Origin: Blastocladiella emersonii ATCC 22665
Lineage: Eukaryota; Fungi; Blastocladiomycota
Direction of reading: 5' to 3'
DNA length: 64,000 bases
Assembly: GCA_025594325.1 (NCBI GenBank)
Contig: JANHCV010000007.1
Span: forward strand, 1,922,001 to 1,986,000
Part shown: positions 1 through 14,233 of the stretch, piece after piece
How the letters are laid out: each line of letters starts with the position of its first letter
How positions within the stretch are numbered: the first letter of the stretch is position 1
Program-made: the position numbers and the translations under genes
Notes under the pieces: generated by a model
What the model was told of the DNA's origin: nothing
Database searches by the model: none
Seen by the model: the letters and a program-made list of their open reading frames with translations, nothing else

Positions 1-3000
1 ACGGTCGCCTCCTTGAACGAGTAGAAGTGCAGCTTGAACTCGCGCGTGCTCAGCCCCGGCACGTCCACGTACTCGTGGCCCTTGAGCAGCACGAACGGCT
101 CGGGCTTGAGCTGCTCCAGCTGCACGCGGAACCGCTGCGACCGCTTGAGCCAGTTGCCGACCGTGAGCGACTCGACGTGGTTCTTCTTGCACATGACGTC
201 GCGCGTGATGGTGGCGAGCGGCAGCGGCTTCTCGGCCGTCCCACTGAGCTTGTACAGCAGGCCGGACCCGTCCGAGAGCGGGAAGAACACGGACCCGGCG
301 TACTCGGCCGTCGACTCGAGCGGCAGGAACGTAAGCTCGTAGCCAGTGCTCGACCCGGGCTCGACGGTCACGACCTCGGGCCCCGTCCAGCTCGCGTGGT
401 CGATGACGGGCCGGATCACCCACCGCACCGTCGATTTGTTGGTCAGCGTGATGGTGCGCGTCTCGGGCGTGCGCACGGGCGTGCTGAACTTGAGGTGGTC
501 GTTGTGGCTCGGCTGCGGGATGCAGATACCGCTCAGCGTCAGGCAGATGGGCGCCTTGACGCCCTCGACGCGGCACTCGAGTGCCTCCTTGCGGATGTCC
601 GGGTTCACGGCGACGGGCTGGAACGTCACCTCGAATGGCACGTCCATGCCGGGCGCAATGTACCCCTCGGCCGGCGAGATGCTGAAGTCGGGGTAAAAGG
701 CCTGCTTGTCCCACTTGAACGCGACACCGAGGTCACCCGTGTTGGTCATGGTCAGCTTCTTCGTGGTCGAGCTGCCGAGCGCCACGGGGCCGAACGGCAC
801 CATCTCGCTCTCAAGCCGCACGTCGACGCCCAGCGCGGCACCCGACACAATACACAGCGGGAGGACCTGGCCGGCGTACTCCATGAACACCTCCTCGGAG
901 AAGGGCGCGACGCGGTGCGGCGGGTCAAAGTCAAACTGGAGCGCCTGCACCTGCTTGGCCTCGAGGACAAACTGCGTGGGGGAAACCGTGATGCCGCGCT
1001 TGGCGAGCGCCTCGAGGACCGCGGGCGAGCCGACGGCGAGACTCGCCGCGACAGGGCTGCGATTGATGACGCGGATCGAGCGGCCGAGCGCCTGGCCGGG
1101 CCGCAGCGACCCAAAGTTGACGTGACGGTGCTCTGGGCGGAGCAGCTGTACGCGCAGGTCGCACCCGCTGCCCGACAGCGGGACCTTGATCTTGCTCACG
1201 CCGTTCACTTCGACGAGCAGGTGCTCGTTGTAGTCGGCCACCTCGCGCGGGTAGAAGGTGACGCCGACCTGCATCGTCTCGCGCGGCGACAGCGTCTTGA
1301 TGGTCGTCTCGCTGAGCTGGAACACGGAGCTGCTGCTCGACGTGACGTCCAGCGAGAGTGCCTGCACGTCGTTGTTTTTTAACGCGATGGTGCGCGCGAT
1401 CGGATTCGCCTGGTTGACTCCGGGCCGCCACAGGAAACACGGGCCAAAGTCGAGTGCGGACGGCGTCACGGCGACGAGCGGGAACTGCGACTCGCCGTTG
1501 AGGTGCAGCACGAACGTCGGCCCGTTGGTCACAGTGCACGTCAGCGGGACGCCGTGCAGCGACGTTGGATTCGGGCTGCTAAACGTGAGCGAGAACTCGA
1601 CCTTCTCGCCGGGCGGCACCGTGCCGAGCTCGGGCGAGATGGTGATGGCCTTGTCCGCGAACTTCCAGTTGAAATCGAAGAGGTAGCGGCCGTGGTTGTG
1701 CAGCCACAGCTTCTTGGTCTTCTTCTCGCCGACCTGGATGCGGCCGAGCTCAATCACGTTGGCGAGCATGGCCGCGCCAGCCGCCGAGTTGGGCCCAGTC
1801 GACGACGACGAGGCGAGGACGACAGGTGCCGCCGACGCAGGTCCGCCGGTACCGCCGCTGCCCGCCGGGATCGCGGCGAGTGGCGACTGCGCGGATCCGC
1901 CAGCGTTCCAGCGCGGCATCGCAGCACCGCCCGTGATGAGCCGGCGCTCAGCCATGCGCGCGCGCGGATTGGTCGCGGGCGCAGCCGGAATCGTGCCGTT
2001 GGGCCCGAGCATCGACTTGGGGATGAACTCGAGCGGGTGGCCCTCGGCCATGTCCGTGGTCAGCGCGGCGCTCACGCGGTAGCCCTCGCCGCGGATGTGG
2101 ATGGTCAGCGGGACCGACTTGCGCTTCACGACGCACGTCATCTGCGTCGAGTACTGGCGCTCCGACCGCGGCTGGAAGGTCAGCTCGATGGCCGTCTCGG
2201 ACCGCGCCTCAACCACGCCGGAAGCGGGCGAGTACTCGATGACGCGCGCGTCCTCGGCCTGCTCATCGGCGTCGTGGCCAGCGCCGCCGCCGGCGCCCTG
2301 GCGCGGGAGGTTGGTCGGCTGGAACTGGAACGAGAAGGCCGTGTCCTCGGTGTTGTAGATCTTGATGATCTCCTTGGTCCGCTTGCCGACGAGCACGGGC
2401 TTGAACGTCAGCGTTGGGCGGTCGAGGAACACGTTGGGCTCGATGGCGCGGCCCAGCAGCAGGAACGGCACGCGGATGTTGTGCTGCGGGATCGAGAAAT
2501 ACCACGTCGCCTCGGAGGTGGCGACCGACTCGGGGAAGTACTCGAATGCGATCTCAGACCGCTTCCCGTGCAGCACCTGGCCCGAGGGCGCGAGGCAAGT
2601 AAACGGCGACGGCTCGGACGGCGCCGCGGGCGTCCACTCGAAGCGCCAGTCAAGGTGCGTCGGGTTGAGGATGAAGAAGCGCTTCGTGTTCCGCGTGCGG
2701 ATTCCGCACGACGTGAACTCGATGACGCGGGTGCCAGCGTCCACGGACCGCTCGCCAGCGGCGGCCTGCGACGTCTCGTGCTCGGGGAGGTCAAAGTGGC
2801 AGAACGGCCGCAGACTCGGGCCCGTGACGGCGATCTGGACCACCGAGGCGAGCTTGCCCGTCGGCGACACGTTGGCGAGCTGCAGCCGCAGCGTCTCCTC
2901 GTACATGCCCTCCTCGAGCGGCGTGAACTTGACCGTGATGGTGGCAAAGTCGTTGGGCGGGACGGACCCGCGCATCGGCGTAACCGTGAGGAAGTCTGCG

Positions 3001-6000
3001 TCGGCGTCGTCGAACGCATACTCAAGCCGCACGTTGCCCGTGTTGTGGACCTGGAACCGGAACACGCGCGACTGGTACATCATGGTCTTCTTGAAGTTGA
3101 TGGCCTGGCAGTTACACGAGTACGAGGACCAGTCGGCGACTGCGTGGACGGGGACCACCTTGTCGTGGCTCTTGTCGAGCGTCTCGACAGCGGGTTCGTC
3201 GCCCTCGCCCTGCGCCCAGTCGCGCGCGGGTTTCGCGATCGGGACATGGGTGCAGGTGAGCGCCTGCTGCTTGAGCGTCACGGGCTGCGCCGTCTCGAAC
3301 GACACGGCGACGCTCTTCTCCGAGTGCGGTGCGAGGAACATGGCCGCGGGCTGGATGCTGACCGTCGACGTGGCCGTCGTCGACCACGCGACGCGGAGCC
3401 AGTTGGCCGAGCGGTTGGTGAGGCGCACCGAGCGCGTCATCTTCTGGCCAATAAAGCAGTCGCCAAACTGGAGCGAGTGCGAGAACGTGTTGGCGGCGGC
3501 GGCGGCCGCTGCTGCAGCTGCTGCGGCCGCGGCAGCAGCCGAGGCGCCCGAGCCGGCGACGGGCTTCTCCTCGACGGCGCCGTACACCTCGTCGAAGCCG
3601 TCGAACAGCAGGTCGTCCTGGTAGCACTCGGCAAACAGCTGGATCGTGGCGCCGTCGTAGCTGTTGTCGATGATCTTGAGCCGCACCTCGGCCTCGGCCT
3701 TGCCGACCTTGTTGGCGGTGAAGGTGAACGGCACCGCCATGCTCTGCTGCGACTGCAGGTCAAAGTAGCGGCCGACGGCGTCGCTGGCAATGTGCGAGTC
3801 GACGGTGCCCCAGTCGAGGCTGAACTTGGCGGGCAGCATCGAGTCGTTCTTGAGCAGGAGCACCTGGGTGTCGGAGCTGCCGAGGAGCTGGCGCTTGAAC
3901 CGGATCAGGCTGCGGTCGGGCGTGACGCGCGGCAGCGACCCGTCGCCGCGCACGTCGAACGAGAAGGTGCGCGAGGTGAGGTCGAGCGTGCTGTTCTCGA
4001 TGACGGCCTCGAAAACGGCGCTGTACGTCTGGATCGCCGTCGGGTGGAAGCGGATTGAGACGTAGCGGCTCTCGTGGCTCGGGATGCTCACCCACGCTGG
4101 ATCGACGCTGAACGGCACCTCCTCCTTGACCTTGCTGCGCGACTTGACGGCAATCGACACGTCGCTGGGCACCTTGAACGGGTTGGACAGCTTGATGCGC
4201 GTCGACGACTCCTGGCCGGCGATCAGCGTGCCAAAGTACAGGCTGCGCTCGTCCTCGGCGTACACCTTCTCGAGCATGAGGTTGTCGAGCCGCTTGCAGA
4301 TGGTCTGCTCCTCGAAGATGCTCGACATGTCGGCCGTGCTGATGCCCGGGAGGCACGACTCGGCAATGAAGCGGTACTCGATGGGCTCGGGGAACTCGTC
4401 GACGGAGCGGTCGCTGATCTCGATCCCGACCACCTCGTCGAACATGTCCGGCCGGTCGGGACTGAAGTCGACCGTCACCGTGACCTTGGACCCGGGTGCG
4501 ATCACGCCGTTGATGGGCGTCACGACGAACGGGCCGAACGTGCCGGACATCTCGGAGGGCTTCCCGCCGTCCTTTTTGCCTGCCGCGTTGCGCTGCGGCG
4601 TGACGATCGTGGTCGCGGTCGGGAGCCGCTGCGACGAGCCGAATGGCGAGGTGCGGCCGGCGCTGTTCTTGGACTTTTTCGGCAGCCGCATCATGGTAGT
4701 CGGGCGTTCCGACGACGCCGTGTTGACGATGGCGCGCTCGGCGAGCCGCACGATGCCGAACCGGAACTCGAACTCGCCCGTGTTCTCGATGGTAAACGAG
4801 CGGCTGCCCTTGACGCCGTGGACGAGGGCGCCGAAGTTGAGGTCGCGCGCCGGGAGCAGGGCGTACTTGCTCAGGACCGAGCGCGCGTTGACCTTGATGG
4901 GCACCGAGTACATGACCTGGTTGGTCGTGGTGTCGAGGGCGAGGCACCGCAGCGCGAGCTGGTCGCGGAACACGACCGCCTGGCGCGACGTGAACACGAC
5001 CTGGATCTGCAGCGGCTTGTCGGACGGCGTGACGATGCCCGTGTTGGGCGTGACGACGAAGAAGTCGTTGTACTCCTCGCGCTCGCACATTACGCGGAAC
5101 GAGACCTCGTACTTGCCGCGGTTCTTGAGCGAGATGAACGACTTGCTCTCCTCGAGCACGCGAACCGTGCCGAAATCGAGCGTGTCGGCCGAGCCCTTGG
5201 GCAGGGCGACGTCGACGGCCACGTCGTACGCCTCGGCCGTGATGCTGAAGCTCTCGGTGCCGACACCGCCGCTCAGCTTGTCCGTGAACTCGAGCTTGAC
5301 CGACTTTTTGAACATGGTCGGCTTGAGCGACTTGAACTCGACGGTGAAGATCTGCTCGTGGCCGGGCAGCACCATGGCCTCGCTCGGGGTGATGGTCGTC
5401 TCCTCGCCGAGCGAGTCGAGCCCGATCAGCCGCAGTGCGAGCGGCACGCACACGGGGTTGCGCACGCGGACCTCACGGATGTCGGGCTTGCCGATAAGCA
5501 GCTTGTCGAACGACACGGCCTTCTTGTCGAGCTCAATCTCGGGCTTGTACCCGATGCCCGCGAGCTTGAACACGGTCGGCTCCGGGTTGTCCTTGACGCA
5601 GATAACGAGCGCGTCCTCGATGCGCCCCGCCGTCTTGGGCCAGCAGTACACGTTGAACGTGGCCGTGGCGAACGGCTTGATGTCGAGCGTCGAAGAGTCG
5701 AGCAGAAACACGTCCGACTTGTCGCTGAGCAGCGCGAGCGACAGCTTGACCTCCTGGTGCGATTGGTTGGCGAGCGACAGCGACAGCTTGTTCTCCGTGT
5801 ACTTGTCCTTGTCGGCGCGCTGCCGCGTGAGCGGAAGCGGACCGAACTCGTAGCGGTTCGTCGACAGGACAAAGTGGCCCGAGTAGTCGCCGTCAGCCGA
5901 CTTGCGCGTGCGCGCAAACACCTTGCGCGGGTCCATGACGATGTTCGGGAACTGGCAGATGCCTACAAGCATCGGACGGGTCAGCTACCGCTCGGGAAGA

Positions 6001-9000
6001 CCTGAGCGTGCGATTGCGTGCGTACCGTAGCACTGAACCGAGAACAACTGCGTGGTCGAGCCCGCGATGGCGAACCGCAGCTGGCCAGTGGCCTTGCCGA
6101 TATCGACCGTGTTGAAGCGGAACACGACCGTCTTGGTCTCGCCGGCGCCCATGATCCAGCGGTACACCTGCTTCTTGGGCTCCTCGGGGTCCTCCTTGAC
6201 CTCCTCCTGCTGCTTCTTGCCCTTTTTGGACCCGACTGTCTCCTTGACGGGCTCCTTGACCTCGGGCCCGTCGGCTGGCTCGGTGATGAGCGTGAAGACG
6301 CTGGGCGAGACGGGCGCGTTCGGGACGCAGTTGTCGAGCCAGAACGCGGGACTGACGACCTGTTCGAGGATGACCACGTCGTCCTCGTGCGCCGCCTCGG
6401 TCGGCGCGGGGTCCGGGTTGAGCAGCGGGAGCAGGCTCTTGGCAAAGGCGAGGACCGACTCGGGCGTATCGAGCTCGACGACTGTGACCTTGCTCGAGTC
6501 GTCGCCCGCAGCGTGCGGCTCGCCGTCACCGCCAGCGTGCGCATCTGCGCCGCAGGCCAGACCACCCGCGGCCGTCGTGGCACCAGCGGGCGCACCCGCG
6601 GTCTGCGGCTGCGCGGCAGCCGTCTGCGGCGCGCCCGCGGGAGCTGCATTCGCGCCACCACCGGCGCCACCGCGCTTCTTCTTGTCCGTGACGGGCGCGG
6701 GCGCGACGGTCTTGGCGGCATGTCTCTCATACTCGCGGATCGCGTTGGTGACGGCTTCGCAATGCGCGACGTACGCCTCGTACATGCGGAACGTGGTCTC
6801 GCTGAGGAGCAGCTCGGGCGGGACCTCGTTCGCGTCGAAACCATCGACACGGCCGGCCGCGCCGGGGAAGGCGGTGCCGGGCTTGAGGATCGACGAGGGC
6901 AGCGGGATCGGGCCGGGCGGCGCGATACCGCCGATCTTGAAGTCGCGCGAGCTCATGGAGGACATGCTGCGCTCCGTGTTGCCCGCGGCGCCGCCGGGGA
7001 GGATCATGCCGGGCAGCGCGCCGGGCGAGCCGACGATCGGCTGCTGCGATGACGACGAGCCGAGGATCGTGGATGCGTTACCGGCCGCGCCAACGAGGCC
7101 CGACCCGAGCGTCTGCGACTGCGCCATGCCGGACTGCGTGCCGCTGCCGCCGAGACTCTGGCTCAGGCCCTGGCTCTGCGACTGGGTTTGGAGCTGGACG
7201 AGCGGCTGGGCCTGCGCGGACTGGGCTGCAGCGGCGGCGGCGGGCGTCGCCTGCGGCTGCTGGGCCTGCTGCTGCTGACGCTTCTTCTTGTCCTTGCGGC
7301 GGGACCGCTCGTCCTCGTTGCGCTTCTCGCCAAGCCGCGTGGTGACCTCGGCCTCGTACTCTTTCCGCTCGCGCTCCTTGGCGCGGAAAAAGTCCTTGCG
7401 CATCTTCTTGACCTTGGCGAGGCTCGCGTCAAACTCCTCGCGCGCGGCCGGCGACATGGCCTCGTACACGTCGTCCTTGACGGTCGGCAGCGGCGGGATC
7501 TTGGACAGCTCGTCGATGAAGTCCTGGCGGATCCGCTCGACCTCGCGCAGGTAGATGGCCGACGGCTCGGCCTTGAGGTGGCCAAAGTAGATGCTGGTGC
7601 GCCGCGCGTCGAGGAGCGCGCCCACGAGCCCGCGCAGGTTCGTCGTGTGGTTGCGGCTGTACCGCGTCTCGAGCCCGTCCACGAGAATGCACGTCGCGGC
7701 CTGCACCACGTCGCGCGCGAGGTGCGACTTGACGATGCACTCGATGTCCTGCTCGTTGAGCTCCTGGTCGTCGGCCTCGCCATCCTGCGCGTTCGCGCTT
7801 GCGGCCGCGGCAGCGTTGGCGGCGCCGCTGCTCGAGGCAGGCGCGCCACTCGTCGTCGCCGCGTTACCCGTCGGCGACGCGGGACCGGCCGCGGACTTGG
7901 CCGCCGCCGCCGCGGCGAGCGCGGCCGCCTGGTCGCGCAGCTTGGAGACGAGCGCGGGGTACGCGGCGCCCTGCATCTCGATGAAGGCCTCGAACGCCTC
8001 GTCGAGCGTCATGATGAGCACGCCCGACTGGCGGTACAGCATCTGGGCGAGCTCGTTGCGGCCGCTGAATGGCGCGCCGTGCAGGACAATGGCCATGGTG
8101 CCCGCGCGGTCGACAGCCGGCGCGCCGCCGCTGCTGCCCAGGGCGTTGCACGCGGAGCTGGCGGCGTGGTCGTCCGTGGGCGACGCCATGGGCACGGCTG
8201 AGCCGGATGGCCCGTTGGGACCGGGCGACGTGACGCGGCCCTCGTCCGGTCGGCCGGGTGCTGCGCCCGTGCCCGTCGGTGACGCGAGCAGGCCGAGGTT
8301 GAGCGACTCGCCGGGCGCGGTGACGGGGACAAAGAACAGCTCGCCCGGGTGCTGCGCGGCAATGGACTGGAGCTGCGCGGTCTCGGCGCGGAACTGCTCG
8401 TCAAAGTCGACGCTGAAGACCTCGACGGGGCACGCGTTCGGGTTCTTGACCGTGACCTTGACCTCGGCGCCGTCGCCGTAGGGCACAATGGACTGGAACG
8501 ACGCGAGGGCGGGCTCGAAGTCGAGCTGCAGGACCTTGCCGGCCCCAGTGACAGGGAGCGCCATGAGCGAGGTCGAGCCCTCCATGGCGAGCTGGAACGT
8601 GTACCGGTACGACTTGGCGGCGGCGGGCTGGAACCGCACCGCGACCTTGACCGACTCGCCGGGCTGCAGGAGCCCGCGGTCCGGGTATATTTCCCACGCG
8701 CTGGCTGCGGCGTCGGGCGCGCCCTTCTTCTTCTTTCCCGCGCAGCTCCACGAGCACGGCACGCCCTTGAAGTTGGTGAACCGCACGTACTGCGTGACGC
8801 GCTTGCCGCACTGGACGGGGCCAAACTGCAGCTCGGTCGGCCGCAGCTCGAGGCACGGGTCCGACACGGTGGCGCGCAGCTGCAGGTCGACCGTCGACCC
8901 GCCGACGATGCGCACGGGCAGCGTCAGGTTCAGGCACTTGTCAATCTCGATGTTGTACGTGTCGAGCGTCACGTTGATGGAGATCTGCTCGTCGGCTGCG

Positions 9001-12000
9001 AGCTTGAACTGCTTGGCCTTTTCGAGCTGCACGCCAAAGTGCGAACCGGCGAGCGCCGACGTGTCGAGGACGAAGGAGATGGGGCTCGTCATCGGGTTGC
9101 GGATGTGGATCGGGACCGCGAGCGTCTGGTTGCGCATCACCTCGCCGATCTCGAGGAGGAACGACTGCGCGGGGAGGGCGGCAGCCTCCTGGAGGAGGTT
9201 CTTGGCCGAGTTGCGCTGCGCCTGCTGCAACTGGATCTGGCGGAGCAGCGCGCTGATGAACGGCGACCCGAGCCCGTTGGAGGTGCGCGGCTGGTCGGGC
9301 ACCGCGATGCGCTGGTACAGCGTCATGAGGTCGCGCTTCCACAGCTGCGGCAGCTGCACGTCGAGGGCGAGGTGCGCGGCCGTGACCTTGACCTGGACTT
9401 GGATCGCCTTGCGGTCGTCGAGCTTGACGTAGAAGTGGCCAGAGATCACGCCGGGCCGCAGCGGAAGCACCTTGAGCTTGAGCTTCTCGCGTGCGCGCCC
9501 GGCGATGGTGCCCTGCGCCGACATGATGAGCAGCGAGTGGAACAGATCCGATTCGGGCGAGAAGATGACGCGGTATTTGGCGGCGCTGCGGCTGCGGTTG
9601 ATGAGCGTCACGTCCGAGTCGACGAGGTGCAGGTGTGACGGCACCGCGAGCGTGATGTTGGTCGGCGTCAGGTCGCAGTTGGTGTCGGCCACGGTGCACA
9701 CGACGCGGCACTCGTACCGCGGGCCGCCGAACGCGTCGACCGCGAGCGTCGCGGCGTGCGCGCCGTCTGTCGCACCGTAGAAGGCGACCTCGACGTCGAG
9801 CGTCTCGCCGGGCTCCAGCGACCCGTACAGCGGGTACACGTCAATGAGGCGCGGCGTGCCCTCGGCGAGCGACCACGCGAAATGCGTCGGGCACTGGCCG
9901 ACGTTGGTCAGCGTGATGCGCCGCGTCGCGTTGGCGTGGAGCGGGATCGACCCGAAATCGACGAGCGCCGACGATAGGCGCAGGTTCGGGAAGTCGACCT
10001 TGGCGACGAGCTCGAGCGTCGATTTCTGCGGGTGCTCGGCAAACTGCGCCGTGAGCTTGGACCGGACCTCGCGCGACTGGCGGCTGGCAAAGTGGCGGGT
10101 CTGCAGGGCGACGTCGAGCTGGGTCGACGCGCCGCCGTCGAGGAGCAGCTCGGTCGCCTCGAGCGCCCACGGCGCGGGGCACTTGAGCCGGAGCGTCAGC
10201 GGCAGCTGCGTGTTGTTGGTGATGGTGAGCGGGCGTGACACGTCGCAGGGCTCGTCCTCGGTCATGTGCAGCAGGTCGACGGCGAGGACCGGCGGGTCGA
10301 AGAGGAGCAGCGGGTCGACAAACTGCGCCTGCACGGCGGCGTTGACGATGACGCGGCGCGTCGGGTCGCCGTCGACGGTGCCCTGGCACAGCAGCCGCTC
10401 GAGGCACGACCGCGCCGCGGCGCTGAACCCGGTGATGGTCACGGCCTGCTCGGCGCCAGGCTTGAGCGTGAACCGGTGCGGGACGATGCGGAAGACCGAG
10501 TTGGCCGCGTTGTTGGCGGCCTTGTTGGCGTACAGCTGGTCGTTGACGGTCCAGAACAGGAACTGCGTGCGGCGGCCCTGGTTGGCGAGGGTAAAGGTGC
10601 GCGTGCAGTTGGAGTTGCTGAACACGGGCCCGAAGTCGACGGCCTCGAGCTCGGGTGGGTACACGACCGTCGACCCGTAGCCCTTGGCCGACACCTCGAC
10701 GGCAAACGTCTGCCCGTGGCGGACCTGGATGTCGAGCGTGTCCTTGAACTGGACCGTGTCGTCGAGCCGCGCCACGACCTCGAGGGCGACCGTCTCGTGG
10801 GCGCGCACGACGCCGCGCGCGGGCTCGACGCTGAACACGCCGGCCGACTGCGGGTCGCGCCACACGCACTCGAACTCGGCGTCGATGATGCACGTGTTGG
10901 TGATCTCGATGACCTGGACGTGGCGCGCGAGAACGGGGAGCCGGCCCCACGCGACCGACGTCGTGGACACGGTGACCTCGGGGCCCTTGCCGCGGCCCGA
11001 CAGCACGACGACCTGCTGCTCGTCGGTGCGCCCGTCGACGGTGAACACGCCCTCGGCCATCCACGATCCGAGTGCGCGCGGCGTAAAGGTGAGTGCAACG
11101 GCGCGCTCGCTGCGGGCGGCGAGCTCGTCGCGGGTCGGGTCGACGGCGAGCGACGCCTTGTCCGAGGCGTCGCACTCGAGCGTGTAGCGGCAGTCGAGCT
11201 CGGACGCGTTGATGAGCGAGATGGCCGCCGAGTAGGGCACGCCGAGGAAGCAGCTGCCGAAGTCGATCACGTCGTGGGACAGCTGGACGCGCGGCGCGCT
11301 GACGACGGCGCGCAGCGGGAGGACGCGCATCGAGGTACCGACGTGCGCCACGTCGACGTGGATCTCGCCGAGGTGCTCCTCGATGGCCCACCCCGTGAAC
11401 CGCACGGCGATCACGATGCACCCGCGGGCCGGGATCACGCCCGTCGGCGGGAACACGGTGATCTCGTGTGCGCCGTGCGACGGGTCGGCGGTCATGGGCT
11501 TGCTGGGCAGCGACCCGACGACGCGCAGGGCGAACTCCATGGGGATCTCGCACGTGTTGCAGATGTTGAAGAGCTGGCGCGACGCGAACCCGTAGCTGAT
11601 GTTGCCGAAATCGAGCGCCGGGGTGTCAAAGTCGAAGGTCGGGCCAATGACGCGGCCCGAAGCCATGAGGCGCAGCGGCATGGGCGCGCCCTCGACGTTC
11701 CACAGGAACTCTTCGTGGAACTCGCCGAGCGCCTGCGGCTTGAAGGTGATGTGGACGCGCGACGTCTGTCCGACGGGGACCGTGGCCGACTCGGGGGTGA
11801 AGGCGAAGCAGTGGCCGTGGACCGAGTCGACGGGGACAAACTCGAAGGTGCCGTCAATGTCGCCGGCGTTCTCGAGCAGGACCGTGTAGACGTGGGTGGA
11901 GCCGATGAAGACCTCGTCGACCTCGAGCAGGTCGTAGGAGAAGCGCAGCTTGGGCCCGATGCCCTCGCCGCGGAGGAGCAGCGGCAGGCGCGACTCGCGG

Positions 12001-13580
12001 CCCGAGATCTCGCAGAACAGATACTCTTCCTGCGGGCCGGCCTTGGACGGGCAGAAGGTGATGGACACCTCCATGACGGACCGCGGCCAGATCTTGCCCT
12101 CGATGGGCTCGACGACGAACACCGAGTCGGCAAAGATGAGCGGGTCCTCGTCGATCTCGCGCTGGCGCGTGTGGACGAGGAAGTTGGTCGCCGTGGCGGC
12201 GGTCCCGTCGTCACCCCCGCCGCCGAAGCTGCTGCCGCCAAAGGCGAGGTTGTCCTCGGACCGCGTCGGGTCCTCGAGCGGCCACGGCGGGGCGTAGCCC
12301 ATGACGAGGAGCTGCTTCTGGCGGTCTTTAAACCGCGCCTCCTCGAAGCGGGTGGCGTAGCGCTTCCAGGAGAAGGCGGCGACCACGTCCGAGTTGTTGA
12401 GGATGAGGACCGACTTGCACGAGGTTTGCGAGATGTAGGTCGGGTTCATGGCGAGCTGGGTGCGCTCGAGGCGGATGTCGACGTTGTCGGCGGACCCGGC
12501 GATGCGCATGAAGCACTCGTCGGGGCGGAGGAGCGCGGCGGCGGCGCCGGTGCCGCGGAACTCGTCGTCGCCCGTGGCGTCGGCCGAGTCGTAGAGGATG
12601 CGGACGTGCGACGAGTACTCGTCGACGCGGGTAGGGCAGAAGCGGGCCGAGACCATGGTGGAGGCGCCGCGGGCGAGGAAGCCGACGGCGGGCTCGAAGC
12701 GGAAGGGCATGGCGTCGGGGACGTGCAGGTGGAAGGCGCCGTCCTTGGTGCCGATGTTGCGGACGAGGAACGACTTTGTGGTCTCGTGCTGGACGGGGAC
12801 CTCGCCGAAATCGAGCTCGTCGGGGAAGTCGAAGACGGCGCGCGGGCCGACGACGCGGACGGGGACGAGGAAGCGCTCGCGCTCGGTCTCGCACACGATG
12901 GCAGTGTCAATGTCGCACGACTCGTCGGGGGTGAAGCGCAGCATGTAGGCCACGTCCATGCCGGGAGCGACGCGGTTCGAGTAGAGCGAGTCGGTGCGCC
13001 AGCCCTTGAGCTCGAAGTGCGGCTCGTCGATGGGGTCGAGGCGTAGCCGGCGCGGGTACTATGGCGAGGGAGGGTGTCAGTTGACGCGTGTGGGATCGGG
13101 CAAACAGCAGGAGCAGCGGACCTTGTCGTCGTTGCGAAAGTGCACGGCGACCTCGTAGGTGTGGAAGGGCGTGACGTTCTGCAGGACGATCTCGGGCGGA
13201 GTGACGTGGAAGAGCGGGGTGCCGTCGGGGACGGCGTAGACGGCGCCGTTGGTGACGGGCAGGTCGCCCGAGACGCCGGCGAGCAGGGCGGCGGGCGCGC
13301 GCAGCGAGTTGCGGCCGACATTGGAGGTGAGCTGGGCGAGGCGCTGGGTGGTGGACAGGGAGCGGAGGTTGAGGAGCTCGGACGGCCTTGGCGACGGCCA
13401 CGGGTGGGGCGAGGACGAGTGGGATTGGGAGTGCAGATGGTGTTGTGGTGGCGGGCCGGGGTCGCGGTCGTCGATGCAGGTGGCCGAGTCGGCCTTGCGC
13501 TTGATGGAGGCGTGAGCGTGGGCATGGGCAGCTCGTGTCGGCGTGCGCGCCGTCGAGGAAGGGGCGGGCGCAAAGGCCAT
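1..13580 (-). CDS. HYDIN: HYDIN, axonemal central-pair protein; 3' end lies beyond the window start. Exons about 13580-13122, 13058-6026, 5962-<1
   Basis: Very long minus-strand frame made of repeated ASH/PapD-like segments (LDFGxV / V(D/S)FG motifs). It has a central kinase-like segment (LHGAPFSGRNELAQ) and charged coiled-coil, and GICQFPNIVMDPRKVF after splicing. Introns 13121-13059 (GTCCGC..CTGAC..TAG) and 6025-5963 (GTACGC..CTGAC..TAG) restore the frame. Confidence 0.93.
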
Positions 13581-14233
13581 GGCGGCTACGAAAGGTGCGG
13601 ATCAGTGGTGTGTTCGCGGGCGTGACGTGAGGGCGGGGCAGCAGCGTTACCTCGACTCGTCAGAGCGTGGTTCGCGCGCGAGCAGCGGCGTCGGAGCGCG
13701 TGTCCGGCCGGGAGCGCGGCGGGGCCGGTGCAGGCGCGGGTGCGGGTGCGAGTTGCGTTGCAGCGCCGCGTCGAGGTCGCGGCAGCGGTGGAGATGAGTC
13801 GAATGGCGATACATGGCGGATATCGTTGCGGGGAGTCTCAGCGGCGGCGGCGGCGGCGGGTGCGGCGCGACGCAACGCGTGCTCACGCTGCGTCAGGAGA
13901 CTGGGAGACTTGAGCCGGAGTGCGAGACGCGTCCCGCTCGGCCGATGGGGGTGGCACGCGCCGGCCGGCCCGGCGGAGCTGCAGGCGGAGCTGCCTCTGC
14001 TCCTGCGGTCCTGCGGCTTTGGGGCTCTCGACGCGCGGCTCATCCGCGCTCTCCCCTCCACCACTGCAGCAACCACTGCCCATGTATGCTTGCCCACCAC
14101 TCTATGCAACCGCCATGCCGCGCGCCGGCCCGCTCGCCGCCGCGCCCCGACCCTCGCCGCTGACGGATCGGCCCCCGCGCCTCTAGCCCCTCCGCGCGTC
14201 CGCTGTCCCCCCTTCCCTCGCACTCGGATCACC

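Noticed and set aside
27-13046. Long + strand ORFs over HYDIN (e.g. 1503-4058, 4074-6005, 10266-13046), and similar antisense ORFs over the chitin synthase, CHD and ABCC genes
   Set aside because: These are shadow frames produced by strong C/G third-position bias. They lack recognisable motifs and lie antisense to clear genes.
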